NCBI RefSeq assembly: GCF_009914755.1
Contig: NC_060925.1
Reading direction: 5' to 3' (one strand)
DNA: 64,000 nucleotides
Origin: the human T2T-CHM13v2.0 reference genome, Homo sapiens
This document shows, in pieces, positions 15,302 to 30,398 of this stretch. Position numbers and translations under genes: made by a program. The notes under the pieces are model-generated. The model saw only the letters and a program-made list of their open reading frames with translations. It did no database searches and was not told the DNA's origin. Position 1 is the first letter of the stretch. Each line of letters starts with the position of its first letter.

Positions 15302-17247
15302 ATATTTTCTTCAAATTAATTTGCTGGCCACAAAATTGACTATGTCCCTGAAATAGGCATTTTCATTCTAAAGTTTGTAATATACTTTGACTTTTTATAA
15401 TTTGTAAGTATATTACATTGCTCAAGAGAAGTTAAAGCTTAAAAAAATAGGACCAAGCATCCATCTATTGTTAAATTACAGATTTTACTCATACTTTGGC
15501 TTAACACAGATATCCTGCTGTTGTTGAAAGCACTGGTACTTAAGTCTTTTGGGTTTAGAGTTTATTTTTGTTGGGAGGAAAGACTTGTTGGGCCACCTGC
15601 CTCTAGTGGGTCACCACTAAGACTCTTAACAGAATGAATGGGATGCCTATCTCTTCTATCAATGAGATACTGATTAGGTGGTATTAATCTTGAACTGCAT
15701 GGGGTATACCAGAATTTATAGTAATTAATCCCACTGGATATTGACCACCCAGGCAAAGGGACTCACTAGTAGTTTACAGTGTTCCCTGGAGTGCTCTCTG
15801 GAAACAACTGCTCCCTAGGGAACCTCTCAGCAACCCCAGTTGTAAATCTGTTCTGTAGGAAAACACACATGAAGGACTGAACGATGTTGTCCCAGAAAGA
15901 CAAATAAAAAGGAAATTAAATGTTTGGTCTCTTCATGTAGTACTGCATTGTGATTCCCTGATGCACATGCATTTTCTTTGTAATAAAGAAGTAACCAAAA
16001 AGAAAAATCCAGTAAAAATTCATAGAGCTATTAACAAACACTTTAAGTAAGAAACACTTTGAATTGCCTTTAGGGATCCATTTCTCTTTCCCTGGTTTGC
16101 CTTGAAAGGTGAGCACTCATTTAACTTCCTGATACCATCTGGGAGTGCTTGCAGTCTTTCCGCTAACACGCTAATTAAGCATCTATCAGGGTCCTCCAGG
16201 GAGCTGAGTGGCTCAGTAACACCATCCAGTATGTGCCATCTGGGAGGGAGGCAGGACTCATAAGCTGTTTGCCCCGTCACCCAACAAAGGTGGCAAATTC
16301 CCAGAGAAAGTATCAAATGAATCTGTTAATGAGGCAAAAACTAGGAAAGAGGTCCAGGGAGGAGGGGTACTGACAGACCCAGACACGGAGTGAGCTGAAG
16401 GAAGTGGAGGATTTATTTATCTGGTTCTTAAATGAGTGTTAATGTGAGGATCTCTCCTATCAGTTGAAAGCATTTTCAAGCCGAATATTTAGTACTCTAA
16501 GGAATCCCAGACAAACCAGGAACTTCGGAGTTTACATCTTGAAGAAAGGAAAGGAAATTTGAGTTTCATAAGGATAAATGTTTTAATATACATTATAATT
16601 ATAGATATTTGTCTATGTGGTGATTTTCATCTTTTTTAAGTAAGAATTTATCCAGATTGGGCCCTGAGTTAACTGGATAAAACTTAGAGGTCCAATTTGT
16701 TCAAACTCTATTTCACAAGGGAAATTAAGTGAAATGTGTAAGTTCATACAAATGAATGTAACATCTGGTTAAGAAATGACATGGGCCAAACCCATGTCAT
16801 TGTGCCACAATTAGGTAATTTCTACCACATTATTTTGTATTTCCTTCGTCCAATTTGTTTTCTAAATTTCTGCTCTCCTCTCCCTTCCTCTGCTATCTTG
16901 CTAATTTTGAATCTATGGAGATTTTGAGAGCCTGCAAATATGCCATCTTCTTTCTCACTAGTCAGCCACCAGTTCCATTCTTCCCCTGCTGTTATTTTGA
17001 AAGTTATACTCTTTACTTCTATTCTTTAAACAATTAGAAATTTTGACATGCATACTTAACTTTAAAGCTGATAAGATTAATTAAATAGCTTTACTTTCAT
17101 TCTAGGAGACTTTAGAAACATTTTAACTCCAATCACATATTCACTCAACTTATATTCTATCAGTATCCAGTATTTTAGTTTTATCTTGATTTTTAAAAAT
17201 TGAGATGAAATTTACAGTGAAATATACAACTTTTAAGTGTACAGATG

Positions 17248-17573
<326 letters not shown>

Positions 17574-17832
17574 TAGAATCAATCAGTGTTCACACTGGTG
17601 TAACCTCCATCCAAGTCAAGATATGGAACATTTCTATAGAGTTCTCTCATTTCCTCTTCCAGTCTATTCCCACCTGCCATTAGGCCAAAGCTGTTCTGAG
17701 TTATGTCACCATAAATTAGCTCTGCCTAGTCTAAAACTTTATGTAAATGGAATAATACTGTATTTTTTTGTCTGGTTTCCATTGCTCAAAATGTTTTTGA
17801 AAGTCATCCATGTTGTGTGTATAGTAATAGCT

Positions 17833-18321
17833 TAGTGACTCCCAAAGCAAACACCTGAGAGTCTCCAGGACCCTTCCAGGGTGTCCATGAGCTCAAAAGT
17901 ATTTTTATAATTAACCAATTAATTCATTCTTACTTTTTCATGAGTATACAGGATTATTTTCCTAAAGTTACATGAAGTATGATATCACAACAGATTGAAG
18001 AAGCAGATATGAGATTCCAAATACCTCTTTTTAAGCTAAACATTGAAGAGATTCCCCCAAAGTAAGGGAATATCACTTTTCTCACTAAATGTCTTTGTTT
18101 TAACAAATATAGCTATTTCCATCAAAATGTTTCACTTATGTTAATGTGTAATAGGATTATTATTATTTTTAAGTGAATAAATGAATATTTTCTAATTCCA
18201 TTTTAATTTCGAATATGGTAAATATTGATAGCCATAAGCCACATAAGAAAAACTCTTCTAAAGTCCTCAATTATTTTAGAGTGGAAAGTGGACCTGAGAC
18301 CAAAAAGCCTGGTACTTACTG
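17833..18321 (+). mobile_element. Charlie1-derived hAT MITE (Charlie1b-like)
   Basis: Start tagtgactcccaaag...gacccttccaggggtgtccatgagctcaaaagtattttt; end gtcctcaattattttagagtggaaagtggacctgagaccaaaaagcctggtacttactg. Confidence 0.7.
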
Positions 18322-18751
18322 AGATAGTTCTTTCTTTTTTAATTGCTGAGTAGGATTTCACTTTATATACCACAATTTTGTTTAGCCATTCCTCTGGTGG
18401 GTTATGTCCAGTTTTTTGTTATTGTAAATAAAGATGCTATTAACATCTTTCTATATATCTTTTTATAAATATATGTTTTCATTTGTTTTAGATAAATATT
18501 TAAGGGTGTAATTGATGAGTCACAGGGTAGGTATGCTTTTAACTCTGTGTGAGGGGACTGCTAAGTTATTTTCTAAAGTTTCTGTACCATTCTGCACCCA
18601 TACCAGCTATGGATGGGAGTTCCAGTTTCTACACAGCCTTCCCAACTTTTGGTGCTGTTGGTCTTTCCAATTGCAGCCATGTTTAATAGGCATGCCTTAT
18701 CTTCTTGTGGATTTGACTTGTATTTTCCTAATGATTAAAAGTGGTGGGTAA

Positions 18752-19600
18752 CTTTTTTCTTAACTTTTATTTTAGGTTCAGGGGTACATATGCAGGTTTT
18801 GCTATATAGGTAAACTTATGTCATGGGGGTTAATGTACAAATTATTTGGTCACTCAAGTAATAAGCTCTGATAGGTATTTTTTTTCTGAACCTCTTCCTC
18901 CTCCTACACTCCACTCTTCAAGGAAGCCTCAGTGTCTATTGTTCCCCTCTTTGCATCTATGTGTTTTCATTGTTTAGCCCTTACTTATAAGTGAGAACAT
19001 GTTGCATTTGGTTTTCTGTTCCTGTGTTACTTTGCTTAGGATAATGGTCTCCAGCTCTGTCCATGTTGCTGCAAAGGACATGATCTCCTTTTCTTATGAC
19101 TGCATAGCATTCCATGGTCTATATATACCACATTTTCTTTGTCCAGTCTACCATGATGGGCATTTAGGCTGATTCCATGTGTTTGTTATTTTGAATAGTG
19201 CTGCAATGAACATGTACGTGCATGTGTCTTTATGGTAGTACCATTTATGTTCCTTTGAGTATATACCCAAACATGGGATTGCTGGGGCAAATGGTAGTTC
19301 AATTTTTAGTTCTTTGAGGAATTGCCACACTGCTTTCCACAATGACTGAACTAATTTACACTCTCACCTAAAGTGTGTAAGTGTTCCCTTTTCTTTGCAG
19401 CCTCTCCGGCATCTGTTACTTTTTGACTTTTTAATAATAGCCATTCTGATTGGTATAAGATGGTATCTCATTGTGGTTTTGATTTGCATTTCTCTAATAA
19501 TTAATGATGTTGAGGATTTTTTATATGCCTGTTGGCTACATGTATGTCTTCTTTTAAAAAGTGTATGTTTGTATTCTTTGCCCACTTTTTAATGGGGTTG
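18752..19600 (-). mobile_element. L1PB/old L1PA 3' end nested in the older L1M
   Basis: aacttttattttaggttcaggggtacatatgcagg...; ORFs 19148-19342 and 19364-19585 translate to L1 ORF2 C-terminal motifs ([25 protein letters not shown]). Confidence 0.93.
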
Positions 19601-22600
19601 AGAAACTTTTCATATACTAATTGTCCATTTGTATGTCTTCTCTTGTAAAATGTCAGCCCAAGACTTTTACTCATGTTTTATTGTCCTTTATGTTATTGAA
19701 TTGTAGAAATTATTTATGTAATCTGGATAAAAGTCAATGGTCAGAAATATGAATCGCTAGTACTCTCTACAGATCTGCAGCTTGATGTTCATTTTTAATG
19801 ATGCCTTTTGATTAGCAAGTTTTTAATTGTAATAAAGTTTAATTGTTTAATGTTTTTATGGTTAATACTCTTTGTGCCTTGTCTAAAAAAATCATTGCTT
19901 ACTCCAAGATCATGAAGAAACACCTATGTTTTCTTATTCTAGAAGCTTTATAGTTTTAACTCTTACATTTAGGCCTATGATATATCTCAAATTAATTTTT
20001 GTATGTGGTGACAAAGGGGTTGATTTATTTCCTGTGGGCCAGCTTCCACCACCAGGGAGCTAGAATCAATTGTTTAAGTAGACTCTTGTGAACACCCCTG
20101 TCTTACTGAAAGAAGGAATATATCCAGGAGCATCACTCAGGCATTTAAGACCCTCTTTAAGATGATGCCAATTTACTTTTGCAACTTTGTAGATCATCAC
20201 TTTCCTGTATGCACCAGATAATCCAGACAACTGGATTTTCCAACACTGTGTAATTCTTCATTTTATTCCTTATTTCTAGAATTTCCAATCCTTTTTCTTT
20301 ATCTGCTGATATCCTACTTATCCATCAAGTCCTAACTCAAATGCTTCCTCTTTCATGAAGCCCATACTTATTTACCTGCCATATTTTGTCTAACAGTCTT
20401 GACTTTTCATATGCATCTTGCAAGGTTCTGTAAAGCAGGACTTTCTCTTATTAACCTTAAAACTACCTAAAGAAGTTAGTATGTCAAGTTTCACATAGTA
20501 GATGCTCAATAAAGAATTATTGAATTGAGTTTTATTCCAGGTTAAGGGTTTGGAAATATCATTTCGTTGTTGAAACTTTCCTCCACAACCTACCTTGTCG
20601 GAGATAAAATGCTTCTTATGCTTACTAAACAATTCACAGCAGGATGCAAGCAAACATGACATACTGGGAAAAGTTGTCCCTTTCTAATAGAAAAAAAAAA
20701 TCTCTTTAGAATTCCAACTCAGTAGACCAATCTGGAAACAATTAAAATTCATGCACTAAATATCACTATTGTAAGAGTGTGAGGACATTTTTAATCAGAT
20801 ATCAGTTAATCTACAGGTTTTTTTCTAGGTGTAAGAAAAGAAAAAGAAACCCTGTAGAAAAAATCCAAATTCCTGAGTTGTTTAAAATAAAATAATGTTA
20901 TAGTTACAACATGCTTTAACTCACAGGTTTAGTAGTGCTGTCCTGTATTTTTGGTCTCTCACTTCAGCCTTACTTATAAAATCTTCCAGATAAGAAAATC
21001 ACACATAAGGTTCTGTGTTTCTTCACTTCACTAAAAGCAAGTATATTTTCCAATGCCATAGCATTAAAGAAAACATTAGTTGATTAAAAGAATCTAGTCC
21101 TTTTACTAGCTACTGTCTTGGGTGCATGCAGTACAAACTAATCTTGGTTAAATTAAGGAAGAAAAAGCAAGGCATAAGCAGGGTACAGAATCTCTTAGAG
21201 AATCAATGAGAATGTTAAACACTTAGGCTTCAGAAAGGTCAGGAACACTGTATTTAGACCGAAGAAACTAATGGAATGTTTATTTGGGCAACCACCAATA
21301 AGATGAATCAGCTCCAACCCTTTGCTCACTGGTCTCTAGATTTAAATTCCCCGGAGAGAGAGATGGCTAGCCTGGCTTAGATTGCTTGTGCTGTGTCCAT
21401 AGCTGGAGGAAGGGAAGGACACTGGGATGGACCATATGACAAGGAATGATGGGAAGGTTTGCTCCTGGAGGAAAGACTGGGCACCAGTACCAGAAAAAGG
21501 GGGAGTGGATGGTGGGTGGTGAAAAACAACAGATGTCTTTTTAAACATCAGTGCATTGTCCCCACCCCTCCATGCTAAGAGTTTGCTCACACTTGGTCAA
21601 GAACAAATGTTTCCTGGTAATAAAGGGAATTTTGGAACTTCTAATAAATAATGGAGCATGTGCTTTTCCTGGCACATATTTTACTGTAGCTGCAAATAAT
21701 GAATTAACTTATCTTTACTCATCAAAGTTGCCCACAAAATAAAAATACTTTTAAACACAAGCAATGATCCACATTTCTGCCCCGTTCAAAGAAAACAGAT
21801 ACTCAAGGTAAGGTAGGATGGTGTCACAATAGCTTATTGCCATGTGCATTTGTGTTCTGTCACTTACAGGTGCATGAGGCCCATGATTAAGAGGACAGGG
21901 TTATCAGTGAGTTCCATGTAGGGGTTCAAAGGCCAGTACCCCTGCATCCCAACTGGGACAATTCTCCAGGGCCATTTCAGCTTCAGCAGAGCTTCCTGCA
22001 GGATTGGCTGTGGCCTTTGGTGAGGTTACATGACAGCAAAATTTCTCCCTGTACCTAATGCTAAATTTCCTTAGCTTAAAAACTTTATGATTTTATAAAA
22101 ACAATAATGCTCATGCATATGTAACTCACCTGAATTTCCGTTTTTCTTTTCTGTAAAATGGGTCAGTGTTCGGCTCTAAGGGCTGATTGTTTAATAATAA
22201 ATGTAAATTGTGCTTTATTACCTGTGAGATACTATATAATTATATTATTACTATATTTAAATAGTCTCTCCTTTTTCTTCAGGCAAAACAGAAATATGAT
22301 GCCTCTCAAGATTCTATAGTAGTCATTGCCTCACTTATTCACCCACAGACTAAAAATATTTCCATGAAAGTGGATACAAAACTTGGCTGAATATTTGCTT
22401 GCCTTTCAAAATACTGGTTGTGCAACCTAAAAGCAATGTTTTAGGTGTAGCTGGTACATAAAAATCAGTTCTTGTTTGTTTAAAAGTATTTCCATGTAAC
22501 AGTTACTTGCAAACAACTCACCCCCCAAAACCAACAAACCCAGTATCATTCATGGAAAGATTTTTTGTAACACTGTCATGCTATTGCATCAGCCTAGTAT

Positions 22601-22926
22601 GCCGTCAGCACTCCTAGAATTTTGGAGATAAACAATATCACCCTTTGGGGTCCTTCCCAACTCAACATTTGTTTTAAATGAACACTAAAAATGTGACAAG
22701 AGACCCTCAGTTCATTTCACTTCAGCTGCTTCCACCTTCCCTATGTCCCATGCCTGCCTTCTCATCCACATAAAGTCACAATCTCCAAGCCTGTTGCAGA
22801 GTGCCTTTTAACTAACCATCCATTTTGCTCTTGTCCTTGTAAGTTACTGTGATGGTAAATTTTAGGTGTCAGCTTGACTGGCTTAAGGATTACCTAGAGA
22901 ACTGGTGAAGTATTATTTCTGGGTGT

Positions 22927-24830
22927 TACCTGACCCCCCAAGCCATAAAGTTGAACATGGACAGCAGCACTCCATCTTCAAGTGGAAATGGTATATATAT
23001 GATCAGATCTGAGCAGGTCTTGAAGGCACAAGTAAGTCGCATGAAGAAGTGGCCCAAATACCCTTGGTTCCTACTCCTGCCACCCTGCCTTCCCTCTCCC
23101 AGCCTGCACCTATGGCCTCGTGAGGAAGAGGAAAAGAAGACTGTGGCCTGATTTATAGATGGCTCTGCACAATATGAAGGCACCAGCTGAAAATGGAGAG
23201 CTGCAGGACCATAGTCCCTTCCTAGAACATCCCTGAAGGACAGTGGTCAAGGGAAATTTTCCCAATGGGCAGAGCTTTGGCAATGTACTTTGTTATGCAC
23301 TTTGCTTGGAAAGAGAAATGGCCAGATGTGTGATTATATACTGATCCATGGGCTGTAGCCAATGGTTTGGCCAGATGGGACTTAGAAGGAACATAATAGG
23401 AAAATCGGTGGTAAAGAAATCTGGGGAAGATACATGTGTATAGACCTCCATGAGGGGTAAAAGATGTGAATATATTTGTTTCTCATGTGAATGAATACTC
23501 ACCAAAGGGTAAACTCACAAGAGGAAAACTTTAATAATCAGGTGGGTATGATAACCCAACGTGTGGATACCAGTCAGCCACTTTCCTCAGCCACCCCCTC
23601 GTTGGCCAATGGGCTTATGCACAAAGTTGCCATGGTAACAAGGATGGAGGTTATGCATAGGCTCAGCAACATGGACTTCTACTCACTAACACCAACCTGG
23701 CTGCAGTCACCATTGAGTGCTTTATCTACCAGCAGCAGAGACCAACACTGAGCCCTCTGTATGGCGCTATTCTCTGGGGTGATCAACTGGCTACCTGAAG
23801 GCAGATTGATTACACTGGACTAGTTCCATCATAGATGGGAAGTGGTTTATCCCTACTGGAATAGACATTTACTCCAGATGTGGATTTGCCTTTCTTGTAT
23901 GCAATGCTCCTGCCAAAACTACCATCCGTGAACTCACAAAATGCCTATTCACTATCACGGTATTCCACTCAGCATTGCTTCTGACCAGGCAACTCAATTC
24001 ACAGCCAAAGAAGTGTGACAATGGGCTCATGGTCATGGAATTCACTAGTTTTGTTATGTTCTCCATCATCCTGAAGTAGCTGACTTGCTGGAATTATGGA
24101 ATGGCCCTTTGAAGTTACAGTTACAGCATGAGCTAAGTGACAATACTTTGCAGGGTTAGAACAAGGCTCTTCAGAAGGCTGCATATGCCCTGGATCAGCA
24201 TTCAACATACAGTATTATTTCCCCCATAGCTAGAATTCATGGGTCTAGGAATCAAAAGATGGGAGTGGCACCAAAATGGGAGGAGCACCACTGACCATTA
24301 CCTGCTAGAAATCCACCAGCAAAATTTTTGCCATCTGTTTCTATGATTTTATGTTCTGCTGGCCTAGAGGTCTTAGTTTCAGAAGGAAGATTATTTCCTC
24401 CAGGAGACACAATGATGAGTCCATTGAACTGAAAGTTAAGACTGCCACCCAGCCTCTTTGGCCTTTTTATGCCAACGAGCTAAGGAGACAGTTTCAGTGT
24501 TGGCTGGGGTGATCAATCCCGACTTCCAATGGGGAAGTTGGACCTCTACCCAACAATGGAGGTAAGGAAGAGTATGTCTGGAATACAGGAGCTCCCTTGG
24601 GGTATCTTGCATTATTACCATGTTCTGTGATTAAAGTCAATGGGAAATTACAACAACCCAACCCAAGCAGAACGAATGACTCAGACCCTTCAGGAATAAA
24701 GGCTTGGGTCTCCCAGCCATGTAACAAACCTTGATCAGCTGAGGTGCTTGCTGAAGGTAAAGGGAATGCAGACTGGGTAGTGGAAGAAGGTAGCTGTGAC
24801 CACATGACCAGTCACAGAAATGAAGACTGT
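22927..24830 (+). pseudogene. Decayed ERV-L pol (tether/RNase H/integrase) and dUTPase-like region
   Basis: Recognisable but interrupted motifs: KWKWYI, FIDGSA, GKFSQWAEL, YTDPWAVANGLA, SIASDQATQFTAKEV; many stops and frameshifts. Confidence 0.85.
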
Positions 24831-25184
24831 GATTGTCATGAGTATTTCTTCCCTACTTTAAGAATATGTATATATACACAAATAAATATATTTTCTTGTT
24901 CCTCTCTAATTTTTTTACTATGTAACATAAAATTTATTGACCTATGTCAGTATTTAAGTATTGTTAATTTTGCTTCATAGTATTTACATTATAGGATAGC
25001 AGGGGAAGCATAAACATCACACAAGGACTTTTCCTTAGGGGAAGAAGAGATTAGTGTGTTTTGTTTGTACATAGGTTAGTTGGATCACGTTAGGCAGAAC
25101 TGATACCTTACTATTATGATTATTTGGATATGAAGCATGGTTTAAGGAACTGCATATGGGTGCCAAGTTGACAAGGGGTAGACT

Positions 25185-25708
25185 TGTGATGGTTAATTTT
25201 AGGTGTCAATTTAACTGGATTAAGGATTACTTAAAGAACTGGTAAGGATTACTTCTAGGCGTATTTGTAAGGGTGTTCCTAGCAATTAGCAATTGGCATG
25301 TGAGTCAGTGGACTCAGTGGGAAAGATCTGCCCTCAATGTGGGCATGTATCGTCCAGTTAGCTGGGGGCCCAGATACAACAAAAAAGACGATTTCCTCTC
25401 TTTCCTGGAGCTGAAATACACACTTCTCCTGTCTTAGACATCAGAACTCTCCCGGCTGTCTGGATTTTGGACTCCATGACTTACACCAGCAGCCCCCTGG
25501 ATTCTGAGGCCTTCTGGCTTTTCTGGTTCTGAGGCTATTGGACTTGGACTAAGCCATGATACCAGCATCCCAGGGTCTTTAGCTTGCAAACTGCCTGTCA
25601 TGGCACTTCTCAGCCTCCATAATCATGTGAGCTAATTTCCCTAATAAATCACCTCTTATCTATCTATTGCCTATTGGTTCTGTCTCTCTGGAGAGCCCTG
25701 ATGATACA
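25185..25708 (+). mobile_element. MLT2 3' LTR
   Basis: tgtgatggttaattttaggtgtcaa...ctcagcctccataatcatgtgag...aataaatc...ctattggttctgtctctctggagagccctgatgataca. Confidence 0.93.
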
Positions 25709-27234
25709 GTTACCTTAACACACATGCTCATTTCTCTATTATCCACATGTGTGGTCTTACTGTGTTGACTCTCCCATCACACCTCAGAAGCTCCCTCATT
25801 TCATCCCTCAGTGTGCAGCAGGGAACACTGGAAGAAAGGACCAATGTAGAAATATTGGGGCATGACTGACCAAATTCCAGCATGCAATATGAACGCCTGG
25901 GGCTCAGACATTGCTTTATTCCTGTTGCACCTCTCTCCTTAGCCTCAGTGGAACATGATTGAAGAGCTTGTTCATAATGCAGAGGACAGATCCCCCACTC
26001 AAGGGATAGATTTCTCCCACAGCCAAAGTTCTCAGAGGATCATGACTCCCCTTGGCTTCTCAGTTTTCTTCTTTATATTTTTAAGTGAATAACTTTTCAT
26101 CTTTTCAAAGCATTCTTCCCATCTGCTTCTAGACAAGGTGTCTAACTAAATTGCATTCTGTGACACATGCTGACTGTAAGCTAATAAAAGAATAACCAGA
26201 TAAGCAGTAAGTAGGCTTTTAATCGGAAGACTATATTGAACTGGAGATAGTAAAATCCTGCATAACTACCTGCAGATGCTGAAAATCTATAAAGTTATAG
26301 CCTGGGTCAGAAGGGTTTACCTCCCTAATATGTTAGCCTTTGTTTTGTCCATAGCTTTATTATTAAACTTAATAAACTATCAGTTTTATTATGTACAGTA
26401 CATAACTCCTGGAGTTTTACTATAGTCGCTGTAACCCCAGCATAGTTGAGACCAAAGAGATCATTTCATGGGTGGATATTTTGAAATAGAAAGAACTAAA
26501 GACACATTTCTTGAAAATATTTGTTTTTACTAAGCCATCTGAGTTTTGAAAAAAGTTGAAGAAATCATCATTGAAAATAATATTTCACCTCCCAATTCCT
26601 TATGGTACCCTCTAATGATATATCTTAAAAAGTTCCTTGAAGTATCTAAGTATTTCATCGGTAAATTTATTATGATTTCAACAGAATCAATAGGGAATTA
26701 AACCATAGGAAAAAGATAGGTTATAAGGAAAAGTGACACCTTTTGCACTACCCCAAACTTCTTGTAGAAATACTGGTTAAAGATATTATGAAAGAGAGAA
26801 AATATCTCAGAAGATCTTTGGGATCTTAATGTGTTTTGCAGGCTTTTCTATACTCAGTGGTACATTTAAGCTTGTGATTTTGGCATTTGAGTGTCTGATG
26901 CACTTTAGAAAAAGGCTGCTTGCTGTCATTTGGCTTGGTGTTACTCTTGAGAATGTTAAAACTGGGTTAGCTTGAATTTAAATTTAACTTGACTAGATAA
27001 TAGCCAGGGAAATTATCAATTTATCACTAGTATGCTGCAAGGAGAGATTTGCTTTTGGTTTAACTCTAGCCTTGGGATCACCAGGGGGAAATATGCTTGA
27101 AAATGAGTCCAGTACTTAGAGGCACAAGAAGTGGTTGGTGCTACTCACATTAACCCAAGGAGCAGAGACATTAGACGGATATCAAATCACATTTGTGCTT
27201 CTTATCTATTTGCATATTGGCATGATAGAGCTGA

Positions 27235-27697
<463 letters not shown>

Positions 27698-28123
27698 TAG
27701 AAGACAGCTCTACAGCACTGTGGTAACTCATTCAGGTTACCTGGAACCTGGCAGGATGCAACAGAGAATGGCAGGGGGAGGCTCAGCCTCAAAGGACTCT
27801 TACATCTTCCTAGTTCTTGGGATTTCTCTGAATTTCAGTAGCACTTATTCTGGGCTTTACTAATTTTACACTACTGTTGTTACCTTATGTTAGTAAATAT
27901 TAATAGGAGCTTATTTTCAGTGAGAATGTGAATACCCCAAGAGCTGAGGATACAATACCTTATTCTCATCTGAATGTCTTTCTGAAGGTTGGTATCTCTA
28001 AGTGATGGTTGACTAGGGTGAAGTGACTAAGAGCATTAAGTCTCAAATGTTGGGTCACCTGTACTTTGTGTTTCTCTTTTCTGGAGAAAAATTGAAGGTT
28101 CCCTTAGGAAACTTCCTATTTTA

Positions 28124-28974
28124 TGGCAAGGTTCTGCCTTGCCCTCATGATCTTGCCTTAAGAGGGCTGAGGTGGGTCTCTGGATGCTCGTGAGACCCCA
28201 GCTTCAGCCATGAGAAAGAATTCAGGGAAAAGTCAGAATGAAGCAAAAAGCAAAAAGCTGGTATTGCAAAGCCAAAGTACACAGTCAAGAGTGGCAGTGG
28301 GGGTGTACTCAGGAGAGTAAGTTGCACCCAATAGAGTTTGGATTTCTAATTTTATGGGCTCTTCTAATTAGGGGGTAAAATAATCATGAGGTTTTTAAGA
28401 AAAAAAGTGGAGATTTCTTAGAATTGAGGTGCCACCCATTTTTATACTAAATATGGGCATGCTCGGATCTGGCCCTGGTGGTTGTGTGATTTCGTATGGA
28501 GATGAGCCTATAATTAGGTCTAGGGTAGGGCATAGGTCAATTTCAACGCCATGTTGGAGCTAGCCAGTTTCAACCAGCTTAGTGCCTGTCTGTTAGTGTC
28601 TTACAGCCCGGGCTCCTTTTGTCCTTGTAGCAAAATTTTTTGTGAAATTGCTGCTTGATATTTAACCACTTCTCCTGTGACCACCCAGCATTCTTATTTT
28701 ATGGGTGTTTTTTAAATTAGAGCATAGAATCATTATTTGGTGTTTTCGAAAAGGAGGGGATTTCAGGGACCTTCAGTTACCAACCCCTTTCTTCCTTATG
28801 TGGGTTTCCCAGAGAGAGTCATAAACATGTCACTCTGATGGGGGTTTTGGATTTTTTCTCTCCCTTATTTTGGGTTTTCTGTTATCCTGTAGTTTCTTTC
28901 CATGGTTCTTGTTTTAGAGTCATTGTTTGGGTTTTTTCATTCTCCTGTGACTACCAAGTGCTATTCCTATCTCA
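28124..28974 (-). mobile_element. ERV1 (MER4-group) solo LTR; subfamily uncertain
   Basis: Ends cctatctca (tgagatagg on the minus strand); aaagaattcaggg...gtattgcaaagccaaagtacac motif; internally repeated tctcctgtgac units. Confidence 0.65.
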
Positions 28975-29161
28975 ATGATTTCATTTTTGGGGATAATTTT
29001 TAAGGAATCCTGACATTTTGAGAGATGCAAATTTTATGAAGAAAAGACTCAGCAGACCATTGGGTTCATGACCTTTTGAAGCAGGAGAAAGAGATAGAGC
29101 CATATTTTCTTCCTAGATCTGGGATGTTCCAAGCTACATCTATAAGCCTGGAACAGGATTT

Positions 29162-29199
29162 TGTGTGTGTATGTGTGTGTATGTGTGTGTGTGTGTGTG
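29162..29199. repeat. Interrupted (TG)n microsatellite
   Basis: Seen directly. Confidence 0.95.
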
Positions 29200-30171
29200 A
29201 TTGTTGTTTCTGTTAGAAGTTATTATTCTTTATACTTTAGGGCCTTAAGTGGGTAGGAATTTAGAGAGAAGAGCTTGTTTAGAATAGACACCAGAAGAAT
29301 CAGTGGCTCCCCTCACATCTAATGGATTTGTTTTCTTGAATATTTTAAGGACCAATAGCAATGGATAGAATGGATATTAGAAAAAGTGAAGCTTTCAAAT
29401 AATTAATTAAATATGCTATTGTGATACGATAGACCCCATGTGTATGTATACTTCAGGTTTATCTAGATGCATATCCAGCATTTAGACCACACAAATATTT
29501 GTGAATAAGTATTGTTGTAAAGCTAGATTGTCAAAGAGAACATAAATATATCCTGATATAATGAGATGAAAGCTTAAATGTGAAACAGTACCTTTTTTTT
29601 TCCCTGTGGAATGGCTGGGACTGACCTGTCTTTAATAGGACAGGTACCTTGTGTTGTTTCTGTTTTACTGACAAAGGGTCATTTGCACATTTTACAATTT
29701 ATGTGTACTGTCCTTTTTGACCTGTGACAAACAGCACAGAGTAGTGACTCTGCTAAGATCAAGATCCATTTGGCCATAAAATGTATTTTTCCTGTGAAAT
29801 GGCAAGCCATTATCAACCATATGTATATGGTCACATGCATCTGGGAAAATTAAGTAAGGTTAGCCCTGGGTTCTCAGCTCCAACTCAGGAGAGAGGTTTG
29901 GGCATCTTTGTAAAACTATTCTTGAGGAAATCAGCTCAATACAGGGCTACAGTTAAAAAATCCCGTAAAACATCTCCTTGAGAAGAGTACAATATGCTGA
30001 ACTGAGCTGATAACACCCCTGGTCCAGATCACAGTCTGTACCTGTGATCACCATTGCATTAGGACAGGGACAGGGAAACTGGAGAAAGTTGCCAAGAAGA
30101 AAACTATCGTTAGTATACGAATGGGAAGAATTTAGAAAAGGATGTTGCCTTAGGACATGAAATCAAAACTG

Positions 30172-30398
<227 letters not shown>

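Larger units (their letters stand above)
22848..25708 (+). mobile_element. ERV-L (HERV-L/MLT2) provirus, internally deleted
   Basis: 5-bp TSD GTTAC at 22843-22847 and 25709-25713; 5' LTR stub 22848-22926; internal region; PPT-like gacaaggggtagact; complete 3' LTR. Confidence 0.93.

Noticed and set aside
22927-24830. Functional or domesticated ERV-L pol
   Set aside because: Multiple stops and frameshifts; no long ORF in the pol frame.
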